This document shows, in pieces, positions 9,517 to 19,008 of a DNA stretch of 64,000 bases (position 1 is the first letter of the stretch; every line of letters starts with the position of its first letter). The stretch spans positions 148,466 to 212,465 of the forward strand of contig CAZFZS010000001.1 of assembly GCA_964523485.1 (NCBI GenBank), in the 5' to 3' direction. The translations under genes and the position numbers were made by a program. The notes under the pieces are model-generated. The model had not been told where the DNA came from and did not search any database. It worked only from the letters and a program-made list of their open reading frames with translations. This stretch comes from an uncultured Phycisphaeraceae bacterium (GTDB taxonomy: Bacteria; Planctomycetota; Phycisphaerae; Phycisphaerales; Phycisphaeraceae).

Positions 9517-10392
9517 ATGGCCTCGCTCGTTAAAGACCTCGTCGAAGCCGGGATCCACTTCGGACACCGGTCCACCCACTGGAACCCGAAGATGGCCCCG
9601 TACATCTTCGGCAAACGCAACCGCATCCACATCATCGATGTCAAGGAAACGATCAAGGGCCTGCTCCTTGCCCGCAAGTTCCTGACCAAGACCGTCGCTT
9701 CGGGCAAGGACGTGTTGTTCGTCGGCACGAAACGCCAGGCCCGAAACATCATCGAGCAGCACGTCAAAGAGGCTGGCATGCACTACTGCACCGAGCGCTG
9801 GCTCGGCGGCACGCTGACCAACTTCTCGACCATCCGCCAACGCCTCAAGCGCCTCGAAGAACTCGAGCGTCTTGAAGAGTCCGGCGAGATGGAAAACTAC
9901 TCCAAGAAAATGGAAGCCACCCTCAACCGCGAGAAGACCAAAATCCTCCGCAACCTTGAGGGCATCCGCAATATGACCAAGCTGCCCGGGGCCATGGTCA
10001 TCATCGACGTCAACGCCGAAACCAACGCCGTCAAGGAAGCCCGCAAGCTGGGCATCCCGACGGTCTGCCTGATCGACACCGACAGCGATCCGGAATTCGC
10101 GGACATTCCAATCCCCGGCAACGACGACGCCATGCGGGCGATCGAGTTGGTTGTTGACCAGCTCTGCCGTGCGATCAACGAAGGCAAGCAGTCGCGTACC
10201 GCGACGGCAGAAGGTGCCGACCCCGAAGGCGGCGATGGCTCGGGCGAGAAGCCCCGCCGTCGCAGCAAGCGGGCCCAGTTTAGCGCCGATGCCCCAGCCC
10301 CCGCTGCCGATGATGATGACAACGCCGCTGGTGAAAGCGGCGATGTCAGCGAGTCCGTCGCATCGAAGGACGAGGCCCCAGCCAGCGCGTGA
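9517..10392 (+). CDS. rpsB: 30S ribosomal protein S2
   Basis: LVEAGIHFGH..WNPKM, ERWLGGTLTNF, IDTDSDP, IPGNDD; AAGGAG SD; acidic low-complexity C-terminal extension. Confidence 0.99.
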   Translation: MASLVKDLVEAGIHFGHRSTHWNPKMAPYIFGKRNRIHIIDVKETIKGLLLARKFLTKTVASGKDVLFVGTKRQARNIIEQHVKEAGMHYCTERWLGGTLTNFSTIRQRLKRLEELERLEESGEMENYSKKMEATLNREKTKILRNLEGIRNMTKLPGAMVIIDVNAETNAVKEARKLGIPTVCLIDTDSDPEFADIPIPGNDDAMRAIELVVDQLCRAINEGKQSRTATAEGADPEGGDGSGEKPRRRSKRAQFSADAPAPAADDDDNAAGESGDVSESVASKDEAPASA

Positions 10393-10511
10393 TTGTTGAG
10401 CGAATGATTCGCAACAAGGCCGATGCGAAAAGCGGCTACTGCGATTTAATGGACTGCCGGTTTCGCCGGTGGTCTCCTGTCGAACCCCCAGAATATTGAA
10501 GTGAGAAGACC

Positions 10512-11333
10512 ATGGCTATTACCGCCAAAGATGTGAACGCCCTCCGCCAAAAGACCGGCATGGGCATGATGGAATGCAAGAAGGCTCTGACCGATGCCGA
10601 CGGCGATGTCGAGAAGGCCGTCGAACTGCTGCGTGAGCGGGCCGGTGGCAAGATGGACACCCGAGAAGCCGACGCCGGCGAAGGCGCGATCGCCGTCGCC
10701 GTCGACGACTCGGGCGAACAAACCGCGATCGCGATCGTTAAGGTCATGTCTGAAACCGACTTCGCCGCCCGCAACGCGGACTTCTTGGCGAAGACCCAGC
10801 ACATCGCCGACCACGCGGTCAAGCTGGACAAGGCCGGCGAGATCGAAGCCAACGACGCGATGAATGCTCTGATCGAAGACCTGCGGATCACCATCAAGGA
10901 AAAGATCACCTTCGGCGGCGGCTACCGCCTTGTTGGCGACCAGGCGGCAAGCTATGTTCACACCGACCGCAAGTCCGGCGCGATCCTGACTGCTGAGGGC
11001 GGCCTGGACGACGAGTTGATGCGTGGCATCTGCATGCACATCACCGCGATGGCTCCCCCCGCGTTCTCCGCACCCTTGGCTGTCGACAAAGACAGCTTGC
11101 CGTTGGAAGAAGTCGAGAAGGCTAAGGCTGGGTTTACCAAAGAGGCCGAGGACACCGGAAAGCCACCGCAGATCGCCGAGAAGATCGCGATGGGCAAAAT
11201 GAATAAGTGGACCAACGAAAACACCCTGCTTGGCCAGGACTACCTCGTTAAACAGGACGAGAAAAAACCCGTCGGCGAATACCTGCCGAAAGACGGCAAA
11301 ATCACCGCATTCAAGCGGCTGGCCGTCGGCTAA
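10512..11333 (+). CDS. tsf: Translation elongation factor Ts
   Basis: LRQKTGMGMMECKKAL, SETDFAARN, ICMHITAM, KPPQIAEKIAMGK; follows rpsB. Confidence 0.98.
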   Translation: MAITAKDVNALRQKTGMGMMECKKALTDADGDVEKAVELLRERAGGKMDTREADAGEGAIAVAVDDSGEQTAIAIVKVMSETDFAARNADFLAKTQHIADHAVKLDKAGEIEANDAMNALIEDLRITIKEKITFGGGYRLVGDQAASYVHTDRKSGAILTAEGGLDDELMRGICMHITAMAPPAFSAPLAVDKDSLPLEEVEKAKAGFTKEAEDTGKPPQIAEKIAMGKMNKWTNENTLLGQDYLVKQDEKKPVGEYLPKDGKITAFKRLAVG

Positions 11334-11350
11334 GCAAACGACTGAATAAA

Positions 11351-11391
11351 AAAAAATAAGCCCACGGATTTTCATCCGTGGGCTTATTTTT
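11351..11391. terminator. Bidirectional intrinsic terminator built on a family-A palindrome
   Basis: A-tract-AAGCCCACGGAT-TTTC-ATCCGTGGGCTT-ATTTTT between convergent tsf and the Sel1 gene. Confidence 0.85.
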
Positions 11392-11419
11392 GTTTGTAGA
11401 CTTCGATCTCTAGGTTTGA

Positions 11420-12814
11420 TCACTTCGGCGTCACGACGACGTAGCTGTGGTAGCCGAGGATGAAGTCGCCGCTGCCGGCACTGTTTTGAATCTCCGGCAG
11501 GAGCTGTTCATCCGCGATTTTGCGGGCCTGGCTGATCGTCTGCTGATCGTTGTTTCGCTTGAGCTTCTCGAGGTTATCGACCGCGGTACGTTCACCGTGG
11601 TCAGCGGCGATCATGATGTAGGCGATGCCCTCAGCGGTCGAAGCTTTGTAGTTGCCGTTGAGGATGTCTCCGCCGAAGTCGTTGATCGCGGTGAGGTGGC
11701 CGCGGTGGGCCGCTTGCTTGAGGAGTTCAACGCCGCCTTGGAAATCTTTTTGCGTGCCGCTGCCGTTACGCATGTTCCACGAGAGGTGATACATCGACCC
11801 GGGATGGCTGACCCGCAGGCCCTTTTCGAACCACTCGACAGCCTTGGCGGAGTCGACCGGATCGACGTTGCCGAACTTATAGTTCAACCCCATCATATAG
11901 GCGGCGCCCATGTGGCCCTTCTCTGCCAACGGCTTAAAGATGCGGTAGGCAGCTTGATAGTCGCCGTTGTCGAAAGCCTGGCCGGCCTTCTCGAGTTGCT
12001 GATAATCGGCATCGCCCCGTGCACCCATGGTCATGGTGATGTTCATGCCCGGGCCGGTGTCGCTCTCGGCTGAATCGTCCACCATGTCGAATGCCGGCTC
12101 GTCTTTCACCAGCTCGGGGGCGTTGTACGCCGGCCGCCCGCCCGCTTCGTAGCCCGGCTCGGCCAGCGGGTTGTTGGCTTTGGGATGAGGCGACTGTCCG
12201 CCGCTCAAGGGATTGTTCGCCTCGGGCTGATTCGGGTTACTCAGCGGGTTGCCGCCCGGGGCTTCGGGGTCCAGTTCTTCGATGACCGGCAGGGGCGGCT
12301 CGACGTAGCTGAGCACGAAGGTGGACTGGCCGGTCTTGACAATGAGCTTGTTGCCATCGTTGCGATCCACCTCCGCGGTGAAGCGAAACTGTTGGCCGTT
12401 AGCCGTGAAGTGGCCGGCCACCTTGTCGTCGTCGCCGGTCGTGCTGGCAGTGAAAGGGAAACGGTTGCCGTCGAACTCCATATCGCCGGACACGCGGTAT
12501 TCCCTCTCGGTTTCGCGTTCGTCGGTGACGATCATCTTCAGGCCGTCGCCTTCGTATTCGTAGAGCGGGCCGACATTGTCCCAGTCGATTTGATCTTCGA
12601 ATTGGCGTTGTTCATCGAGGTACTGCTGGTACGTTTTGCCCTGCATGTTCTGGTCGTCGTAGACGGCTCCGTCCTGTTCGTTGACCGTGCCGAGGTCGGC
12701 CTCGTAAGTCCGGCTGGTCTGCCCCAGAGCGGGCAGGCCCATGGTCAGGACGCTGGCCAAGAGGATGCTTTTGAACGTGCGGGGGAATCGGATCGTGGTT
12801 TTTGAGCGGTTCAT
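11420..12814 (-). CDS. Secreted protein with C-terminal Sel1-like repeats
   Basis: Signal peptide (SILLASVLTMGLPALG); Sel1 motifs (KAVEWFEKG, YHLSWNMRNGSGTQKDFQGGVELLKQAAHRGH); start ATG at 12814 preferred. Confidence 0.8.
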   Translation of the reverse strand: MNRSKTTIRFPRTFKSILLASVLTMGLPALGQTSRTYEADLGTVNEQDGAVYDDQNMQGKTYQQYLDEQRQFEDQIDWDNVGPLYEYEGDGLKMIVTDERETEREYRVSGDMEFDGNRFPFTASTTGDDDKVAGHFTANGQQFRFTAEVDRNDGNKLIVKTGQSTFVLSYVEPPLPVIEELDPEAPGGNPLSNPNQPEANNPLSGGQSPHPKANNPLAEPGYEAGGRPAYNAPELVKDEPAFDMVDDSAESDTGPGMNITMTMGARGDADYQQLEKAGQAFDNGDYQAAYRIFKPLAEKGHMGAAYMMGLNYKFGNVDPVDSAKAVEWFEKGLRVSHPGSMYHLSWNMRNGSGTQKDFQGGVELLKQAAHRGHLTAINDFGGDILNGNYKASTAEGIAYIMIAADHGERTAVDNLEKLKRNNDQQTISQARKIADEQLLPEIQNSAGSGDFILGYHSYVVVTPK

Positions 12815-13028
12815 GGTGGTTCTCAAAAAGGGGTTGGGTTAGTTTCAATCGGTTCCGCAGGTTTTACGTCAAGGTAACCTCAGGCCTGCGTGGGCTAAAG
12901 TCAATTTGCGAAAAATCTCAAGGTTCTGTTGCTTCAACGGATTGGGAAGACAGCTCAGAAGCCAGCGTGTGATGAAAACCTCGCCTACGATGGCGGGCGG
13001 GATATCGGAAACTGTGTTGGCTGATGGC

Positions 13029-14648
13029 ATGAGCAAAAGGATCATCATTGTTGGAGCGGGGCCGGGCGGTTTGGCGGCGGCGATGCTGCTGGCCAGGACC
13101 GGGGCGGAGGTCACCTTGCTTGAGCGCCGCGACCGCGTTGGCGGGCGGACGTCGACGATCACAACCGAGCAGGGATTTAAGTTCGACCTTGGCCCGACAT
13201 TCTTCCTGTATCCGCGGATCCTCGAAGAGCTATTTGCGATGTGCGGGCGGGACCTGCACGCCGAGGTCGAGATGGTTCGGCTGGATCCGCAGTACCACTT
13301 GGTGTTCGAGAAGAGGCCCACGGATACCATCCGTGGGCTTTGTGAGGTGGATGACATTTTGGCGACGCCCGACATCGAGCAGATGCAGGCGCAAATCGCC
13401 CGGATTGCGCCAAGGGATGCCGAGCGGTTTCCGAAATTTATTGCGGACAATAGGAAAAAATTTGAAGCGTTCACGCCGATCCTCCAGCGGCCATGGGAGA
13501 GCCTGCTGGACTACGCCAATCCCGGAATGGCGGGGATGCTGCCGCTGGTCCGACCTTGGGCGAGCGTCGATGCCGATCTCGGGCGGTATTTCAAGGATGA
13601 ACGCGTCCGCCTCGCGTTCAGCTTCCAGAGCAAATACTTGGGGATGAGCCCGTTCCGCTGCCCGAGCCTGTTCACGATCCTCAGCTACCTTGAATATGAC
13701 TATGGCGTCTACCACCCCACCGGCGGGTGCGGCGCGGTCAGCGAAGCCATGGCCCGCGTCTGCCGGGAGATGGGCGTCGACATCCGGCTGAACGCCGAGG
13801 TCACTGAAATGACTTTCGCACCCGGAAGTCATCGGTGCAATGGCATTCGTACCAGCGATGAAGAATTCCGGGGGGATGGCGTCGTGGTCAACGCGGACTT
13901 TGCTCATGCGATGCACAAGCTCGTGCCGGACCGCCTGCGTAAGCGGTGGACCGATCGCAAACTCGAAAGCAAGAAATATTCCTGCTCGACCTTCATGCTC
14001 TACCTTGGCCTGAACCTGCCCCCGGAAGCACTCAAGGGAGCGAGCCAGGCGGAAGACGGCCTGCAGCATCACACGATCTTCCTCGCCAACGACTACCCGA
14101 AAAATCTCGATGAGATCGAGAACCAGCACAAGCTCTCCGACAACCCGAGCATCTACATTCAGAACCCCGGCTTCACTGACCCGACCATGGCTCCCCCCGG
14201 AAAGTCCGCGATCTATGTGTTGGCCCCCGTCACGCATGAACACACTAACGTCGATTGGTCGAAGCAGGCCTCAGCTTTCCGCGAAAAGATCCTCGACCAA
14301 ATGCAGAAGCTCGGCCTGCCGGACCTGCGGCCGCACATCGAATACGAAAAAATGCTGACACCCGACGATTGGCGGGATGACCTTCATATCTACCGCGGGG
14401 CGACTTTTAATTTGGCTCACAACCTCGGCCAAATGCTGCACCGTCGGCCGCGGAATCGGTTTGAGGATTTGGAGGGCGTGTACCTCGTTGGCGGTGGGAC
14501 GCATCCAGGCAGCGGCCTGCCAGTGATCTATGAGGGTGCCCGAATCACCGCCCGGCTGTTGGCGGATGACTTGGGTCTGGACGCCGATTGGCTGACGGAT
14601 GAGCCAGCGACGGCAACGCCGGGGGTGGCGACGGCAATGAGGGGTTAA
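13029..14648 (+). CDS. crtN: CrtN/CrtI-family carotenoid desaturase (4,4'-diapophytoene desaturase-like)
   Basis: IIVGAGPGGLAAA, FDLGPTFF, SFQSKYLGMSP, YSCSTFMLYLG, GATFNLAH, GGGTHPGSGLP; ATG at 13029. Confidence 0.88.
   Translation: MSKRIIIVGAGPGGLAAAMLLARTGAEVTLLERRDRVGGRTSTITTEQGFKFDLGPTFFLYPRILEELFAMCGRDLHAEVEMVRLDPQYHLVFEKRPTDTIRGLCEVDDILATPDIEQMQAQIARIAPRDAERFPKFIADNRKKFEAFTPILQRPWESLLDYANPGMAGMLPLVRPWASVDADLGRYFKDERVRLAFSFQSKYLGMSPFRCPSLFTILSYLEYDYGVYHPTGGCGAVSEAMARVCREMGVDIRLNAEVTEMTFAPGSHRCNGIRTSDEEFRGDGVVVNADFAHAMHKLVPDRLRKRWTDRKLESKKYSCSTFMLYLGLNLPPEALKGASQAEDGLQHHTIFLANDYPKNLDEIENQHKLSDNPSIYIQNPGFTDPTMAPPGKSAIYVLAPVTHEHTNVDWSKQASAFREKILDQMQKLGLPDLRPHIEYEKMLTPDDWRDDLHIYRGATFNLAHNLGQMLHRRPRNRFEDLEGVYLVGGGTHPGSGLPVIYEGARITARLLADDLGLDADWLTDEPATATPGVATAMRG
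13316..13338. repeat. Family-A palindrome inside the crtN coding sequence
   Basis: GCCCACGGAT-ACC-ATCCGTGGGC, same arms as the copies at 11358 and 53380. Confidence 0.8.
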
Positions 14649-14826
14649 CCGCGAAGAACGCGAAGCGAACGACGAAAGCTTTTGACAGGATTGCAGAATC
14701 GAGTGAATAGATAGAATCAGATTTTTTGTTTTGTCGTTATTGGATTTTGCAAAAGCATCTGAATTTCGTCGATGTGATCGAATCGACAGCTTGAATTTCT
14801 TCGCGCTCTTCTCGTCCTTTGCGGTT
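14647..14826. repeat. AT-rich MITE-like element with imperfect terminal inverted repeats
   Basis: Left end AACCGCGAAGAACGCGAAG vs reverse complement of right end AACCGCAAAGGACGAGAAG (16/19); no coding capacity. Confidence 0.65.
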
Positions 14827-14876
14827 GATTGCTTTTCAACCCGCCTATGCTTGCAGGTAGTCAGCCGAGTGCATCT

Positions 14877-16367
14877 ATGAGTCAAGTCACCCTCAGCCCG
14901 CCCACCGCCGCCGAGTCCGATCTTCGGGCGGACGCGGAAAATGTAGGCGTGACAGACTGGTCGCGTGTGCCGATCCAGCAGCGGGTAACGCTCATTGGGA
15001 AACTCCGACATGTCCTTGCGGAACAGCCCGAGCCGTTTCTTGAAGCGTTGCGGTTGCCGACACGGCAAGATGATGCGGAGTCGTTAGCGTCGGAACTGCT
15101 GCCGTTGGCGGCCGCGGCGCATTGGTTAAGCAAGAAGGCAGCAACGATTCTGAAGCCCCGGCGGCTGGGATCATCGGGTCGGCCGATGTGGCTGTGGGGC
15201 GTGCATTCGACGGTCTATCGCGAACCGATCGGGCGGGTGCTGATCATCGGCCCGGGCAATTTCCCGCTGTTTTTACCGGGTACGCAGGCGTTGCACGCGT
15301 TGGCGGCGGGCAACACCGTGACTGTCAAGCCGGCGCCCGGCGGCGAGCAGGCCATGCTTGCCTTACGCAAAGCGCTGATCGATCTCGGCCTGCCGGGCGA
15401 TGCCTTCGAATTGCTGGATGCCGACCCGCAAGGCCTCGAAGGCCGATGGCAGGAGTTCGGTAAGGTCGTGCTGACCGGCTCGGAGAAAACCGGCCTCGCG
15501 GTACGACGGCAACTCGCCGAGGCCGGCGTGCCGTGCATCATGGAGCTCTCCGGCTGCGATGCGGTGTTCATCCTGCCCGACGCAAAAGATGAGCGACTTC
15601 AACTCGCCATCGACTGTATCCGCTTCGGGTTAATGCTCAACAGTGGCGCGACCTGTATCGCGCCGCGGCGGTTGTTCGCGGATAGTCAATCGCTCAAGAC
15701 TTTGGAAGACGATCTGGTCAATCAACTCGCGGCGGCCGACCCTGTGTATGTCGAGCCGGCGACGCTGGCGAAGGTCGAGCAGATGGTCTCTGCCGGCGAG
15801 GCGGCGGGCGCCCGCCGACTCGCCGGCGGTTTCTGCGGTATCGATCACATGACGCCGATTGTTTTGGCGGACGTGACGGCCGAGATGGCGATCGCCTGCA
15901 GCGATGTCTTCGCCCCCGTGATTTCACTGATGCAGCCTTGTGAAACCAAGCAGGCCATGCTCGATGCTGCGCCTTGCTGCGGCTATGCCCTGGGTGCCGC
16001 GGTGTTTGGCCAAGCGCAGCAGGCTCGCGATTTCGCGGAGCGGGTCGATGCGGCGAATGTCGTGGTCAACGACATGGTCGTGCCGACGGCCGACCCGCGT
16101 CTGCCGTTTGCGGCGCGCGGTCGCAGCGGCTTCGGGGTCACCCGCGGTCCGGAGGGTTTGCTCTCGATGACGCGGATCAAAAGCGTCGCCCACCGCCAGG
16201 GTTCGATTCGGCCGCACCTGATGCCTACCAGCCGCCACACTTCACCGCTGCTCGCTGAACTGTTAAAGATGATGCACAGCCGAGGGCTGATGGCCCGGCT
16301 GAAGTCGGCGCTGAGTGTCATGCGCATATACAAGAAGCAATTGACCGCAGATGAGAACGCGGATTGA
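14877..16367 (+). CDS. aldH: Aldehyde dehydrogenase (4,4'-diapocarotenoid aldehyde oxidase AldH/CrtNc-like)
   Basis: IGPGNFP, VKPA, LTGS, MELSG, catalytic Cys in GATCIAPRR, FAPV, LPFAARGRSGFG; carotenoid cluster context. Confidence 0.85.
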   Translation: MSQVTLSPPTAAESDLRADAENVGVTDWSRVPIQQRVTLIGKLRHVLAEQPEPFLEALRLPTRQDDAESLASELLPLAAAAHWLSKKAATILKPRRLGSSGRPMWLWGVHSTVYREPIGRVLIIGPGNFPLFLPGTQALHALAAGNTVTVKPAPGGEQAMLALRKALIDLGLPGDAFELLDADPQGLEGRWQEFGKVVLTGSEKTGLAVRRQLAEAGVPCIMELSGCDAVFILPDAKDERLQLAIDCIRFGLMLNSGATCIAPRRLFADSQSLKTLEDDLVNQLAAADPVYVEPATLAKVEQMVSAGEAAGARRLAGGFCGIDHMTPIVLADVTAEMAIACSDVFAPVISLMQPCETKQAMLDAAPCCGYALGAAVFGQAQQARDFAERVDAANVVVNDMVVPTADPRLPFAARGRSGFGVTRGPEGLLSMTRIKSVAHRQGSIRPHLMPTSRHTSPLLAELLKMMHSRGLMARLKSALSVMRIYKKQLTADENAD

Positions 16368-16494
16368 AGCAACGATGTCAAAGGATCGATGTCCGATCTT
16401 ACTTGGCGTCTCCGCGTCCCGGCGTTTTCACCTGACCCGCGATAAGTCGCATCATCTACGACTAAACCGTTTTCATCGAGCTAACCTGTACACC

Positions 16495-18105
16495 ATGAAC
16501 GCATCATCCTCGGATCGGGTCGTCGTCATCGGGGCGGGCCTCGCGGGCCTGACCGCCGCCTGCACACTTGCTGCAAGGGGTCACGCGGTCACCCTGTTAG
16601 ACAAAAACAGCTGGCTGGGCGGCAAGGCAGCGCAGCTCGTCTCGCCGGACGAATATGAAAGCGTCACCGGCGATAAAGGGCGATTCACGTTCGACATGGG
16701 CCCGACGATCCTGACCGTGCCGCGTGTGCTGCGGCGGGTGTTCAGCGAAGCCGAACGCGACCTGGATGACTATGTCGAACTGATTAAGCTCGACCCGCAA
16801 TGGCGGTGCTTCTTCGACGATGGCAGCGTGCTGGACCTGCGCGAGGATGTCGGCGAGATGCAGCAGAAGCTGCGCGACTTCAAGGCGGAGGGGTCATCGG
16901 CTGAGGGTTACGAACAGCTCGTGCGTTATTCAGAACGGCTGCACCGCATCAGCGATGATTTCTATTTCTGGAAGTCCATCGGCGGGCTGCGCGACATGAT
17001 GAAAAACGGCGGGGTCGGTGGGACGTTCAACCTCGGCACGCTCAGCGATGTGCTGTCGATGCGGATGGGTCGGTCCGTCGCCAGCACGATCCGCAAATAC
17101 ATCCCCGACCACCGCGTGTCGCAGATGCTCGACCACTTCACGCAGTACGTCGGTAGCTCGCCCTACGGCAGCCCGGCCATCCTCACCGGCATCGCGTCGA
17201 TGCAAGTCAATGAGGGCGTTTGGTACCCACGGGGCGGCACCCGGGCGGTTCCAGAAGCGCTGACCACACTCGCGGAAGAACTCGGCGTCGAGCTGCGGCC
17301 GGGTGAGGAAGTCACCCGCATCGAAGTGCAAGGCAATCGCGTCACCGGCGTGCAGACCGCTGACGGCGAGACCATTGCCTGCTCGCAAGTTGTGTCCAAC
17401 ATGGATGCCGTCCGCACCCACCGCGAGCTCATCGGCGGAACCATCGGCCAAGCCTTCGACCGCAAGCGTACCTACGAACCCGCCTGTTCAGGCGTAGTGC
17501 TCTACCTTGGGCTCAACAAGGCCTACGAGCACTTGGCCCACCACGACTTTGTTTTCAGCCGTGACCCGGAGGAGGAGTTCGATGCGATCTACAAGCGTGG
17601 CGAACCCGCCCCGGACCCGACCGCCTACCTCGCCGCGACCGCCCGCACCGAGGCCCCCGGAAAAGTGGCACCGGCGGGGGGGGAAGCGCTTTATGTCTTG
17701 GTCCACACGCCCTACCTCCGCGACCATCACGACTGGTCGAAAGACGGCGAGCTTTACCAGAGCTACCGCCAAACCATCCTCGACAAGCTCAAGCGGACGG
17801 CGGGCATGCCCGACCTCGAAGAGCGGATCGTCTTCGAGCGGTCGCTCACGCCGCAGGACATCCATGAGCGATACAAAGTCCTCAACGGCGCGATCTACGG
17901 CCTTGCATCGCATGGCAAATTCCTCGGCGCTTTCAAACCCGCCAACCGCAGCCCGCAGGTCGAAGGCCTCTACCTCGCCGGCGGCGCCGCCCACCCCGGC
18001 CCGGGCATGCCCATGGTCATGATGTCCGGCTGGATCGCCGCGGACAGTTTAGATCAGGACACAGGCGGGGTCAGCCAGAATGAATCCGAAGCCGTATCGG
18101 TTTGA
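16495..18105 (+). CDS. crtP: CrtP/CrtNb-family diapolycopene oxygenase (CrtI superfamily)
   Basis: VIGAGLAGL, FDMGPTILTVP, HFTQYVGSSP, ACSGVVLYLG, GAIYGLASHG, GGAAHPGPGMPM; second CrtI paralogue in the cluster. Confidence 0.82.
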   Translation: MNASSSDRVVVIGAGLAGLTAACTLAARGHAVTLLDKNSWLGGKAAQLVSPDEYESVTGDKGRFTFDMGPTILTVPRVLRRVFSEAERDLDDYVELIKLDPQWRCFFDDGSVLDLREDVGEMQQKLRDFKAEGSSAEGYEQLVRYSERLHRISDDFYFWKSIGGLRDMMKNGGVGGTFNLGTLSDVLSMRMGRSVASTIRKYIPDHRVSQMLDHFTQYVGSSPYGSPAILTGIASMQVNEGVWYPRGGTRAVPEALTTLAEELGVELRPGEEVTRIEVQGNRVTGVQTADGETIACSQVVSNMDAVRTHRELIGGTIGQAFDRKRTYEPACSGVVLYLGLNKAYEHLAHHDFVFSRDPEEEFDAIYKRGEPAPDPTAYLAATARTEAPGKVAPAGGEALYVLVHTPYLRDHHDWSKDGELYQSYRQTILDKLKRTAGMPDLEERIVFERSLTPQDIHERYKVLNGAIYGLASHGKFLGAFKPANRSPQVEGLYLAGGAAHPGPGMPMVMMSGWIAADSLDQDTGGVSQNESEAVSV

Positions 18106-18147
18106 ATCCGAGTCATCGCTTGGATTGTTGCCGGATAGGATGGCTCC

Positions 18148-19008
18148 GTGTCAATTGATTACGAACTCCCGCAAACCTCCGACCGGCTGATTCGGCTGTT
18201 CAGTTGGTATGCCCCGCGGTTTATCCGCAAGCATTTCAATGCGGCCCGATTGCTGGGCGACATGCCCGACACCGCAGACCCGCGGCCGATGTTGATCTAC
18301 CTCAATCACCCGTCGTGGTGGGACCCGATGACGATCTCGCTTCTGATCAGCAAACATTTCATGCATCGTCCGGGCTACGGGCCGATCGAAGCGGAGGCGC
18401 TCGAGCAGTACAAGTTCATGGCGAAGCTGGGCTACTTCGGCATCGACCCCGAGACACGCGAAGGGTCGATCAAGTTTCTGAAGCTCGGCTCGAAAGTGTT
18501 GACGACGCCGAATCAAACGTTGTGGGTGACCGCTCAGGGTCAGTTCACGGACCCCCGGGATCGGCCGATCGACCTGCGGCCGGGCATCGCGCATCTCGCG
18601 AAACGTGTGTCGAAAGTCCAAATTAAAAAAAATCCGGTCGGAGAACCCCGACTCCCGGGGGTTGCGCTTCCGCTTGCGGTGGAGTATCCGTTCTGGATCG
18701 AGAAGCGGCCGGAGATGTTGATGCACTTCGGCCAGCCGATCGAACTCGATGATCCGGATCGATCGGTGGAGCAGTGGCATGCGTTGTTTACCGAGCATTT
18801 GACTGACGCGATGGATCGCCTGTCCGCCGCCGCACGACGGCGTGATACCGAAGCGTTTACCACCTTGCTCGACGGCCAACGCTCGCTCGGCTTCGGCTAC
18901 GATTTCTGGCAGCGGGCCAAGGCGTTATTCACCGGCCGACGTTTCGAGTCCGGCCACGGCCGAGGCCTGCCAGTCCGGGACAACCCGGCAGAAGGTCAGG
19001 ATTCATGA
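18148..19008 (+). CDS. PlsC-like acyltransferase (probable carotenoid glycoside acyltransferase)
   Basis: YLNHPSWWD (HxxxxD motif), LRPGIAHLA, VEYPFWIEKRPE; between crtP and the GT2 gene. Confidence 0.8.
   Translation: MSIDYELPQTSDRLIRLFSWYAPRFIRKHFNAARLLGDMPDTADPRPMLIYLNHPSWWDPMTISLLISKHFMHRPGYGPIEAEALEQYKFMAKLGYFGIDPETREGSIKFLKLGSKVLTTPNQTLWVTAQGQFTDPRDRPIDLRPGIAHLAKRVSKVQIKKNPVGEPRLPGVALPLAVEYPFWIEKRPEMLMHFGQPIELDDPDRSVEQWHALFTEHLTDAMDRLSAAARRRDTEAFTTLLDGQRSLGFGYDFWQRAKALFTGRRFESGHGRGLPVRDNPAEGQDS

Noticed and set aside
8707-9840. Long alternative or antisense ORFs in the track (e.g. 8707-9840, 10446-11423, 35150-36382, 43678-44766, 51410-52273, 57543-58832)
   Set aside because: Shadow ORFs on or opposite well-supported genes, expected from high GC3; no family motifs.
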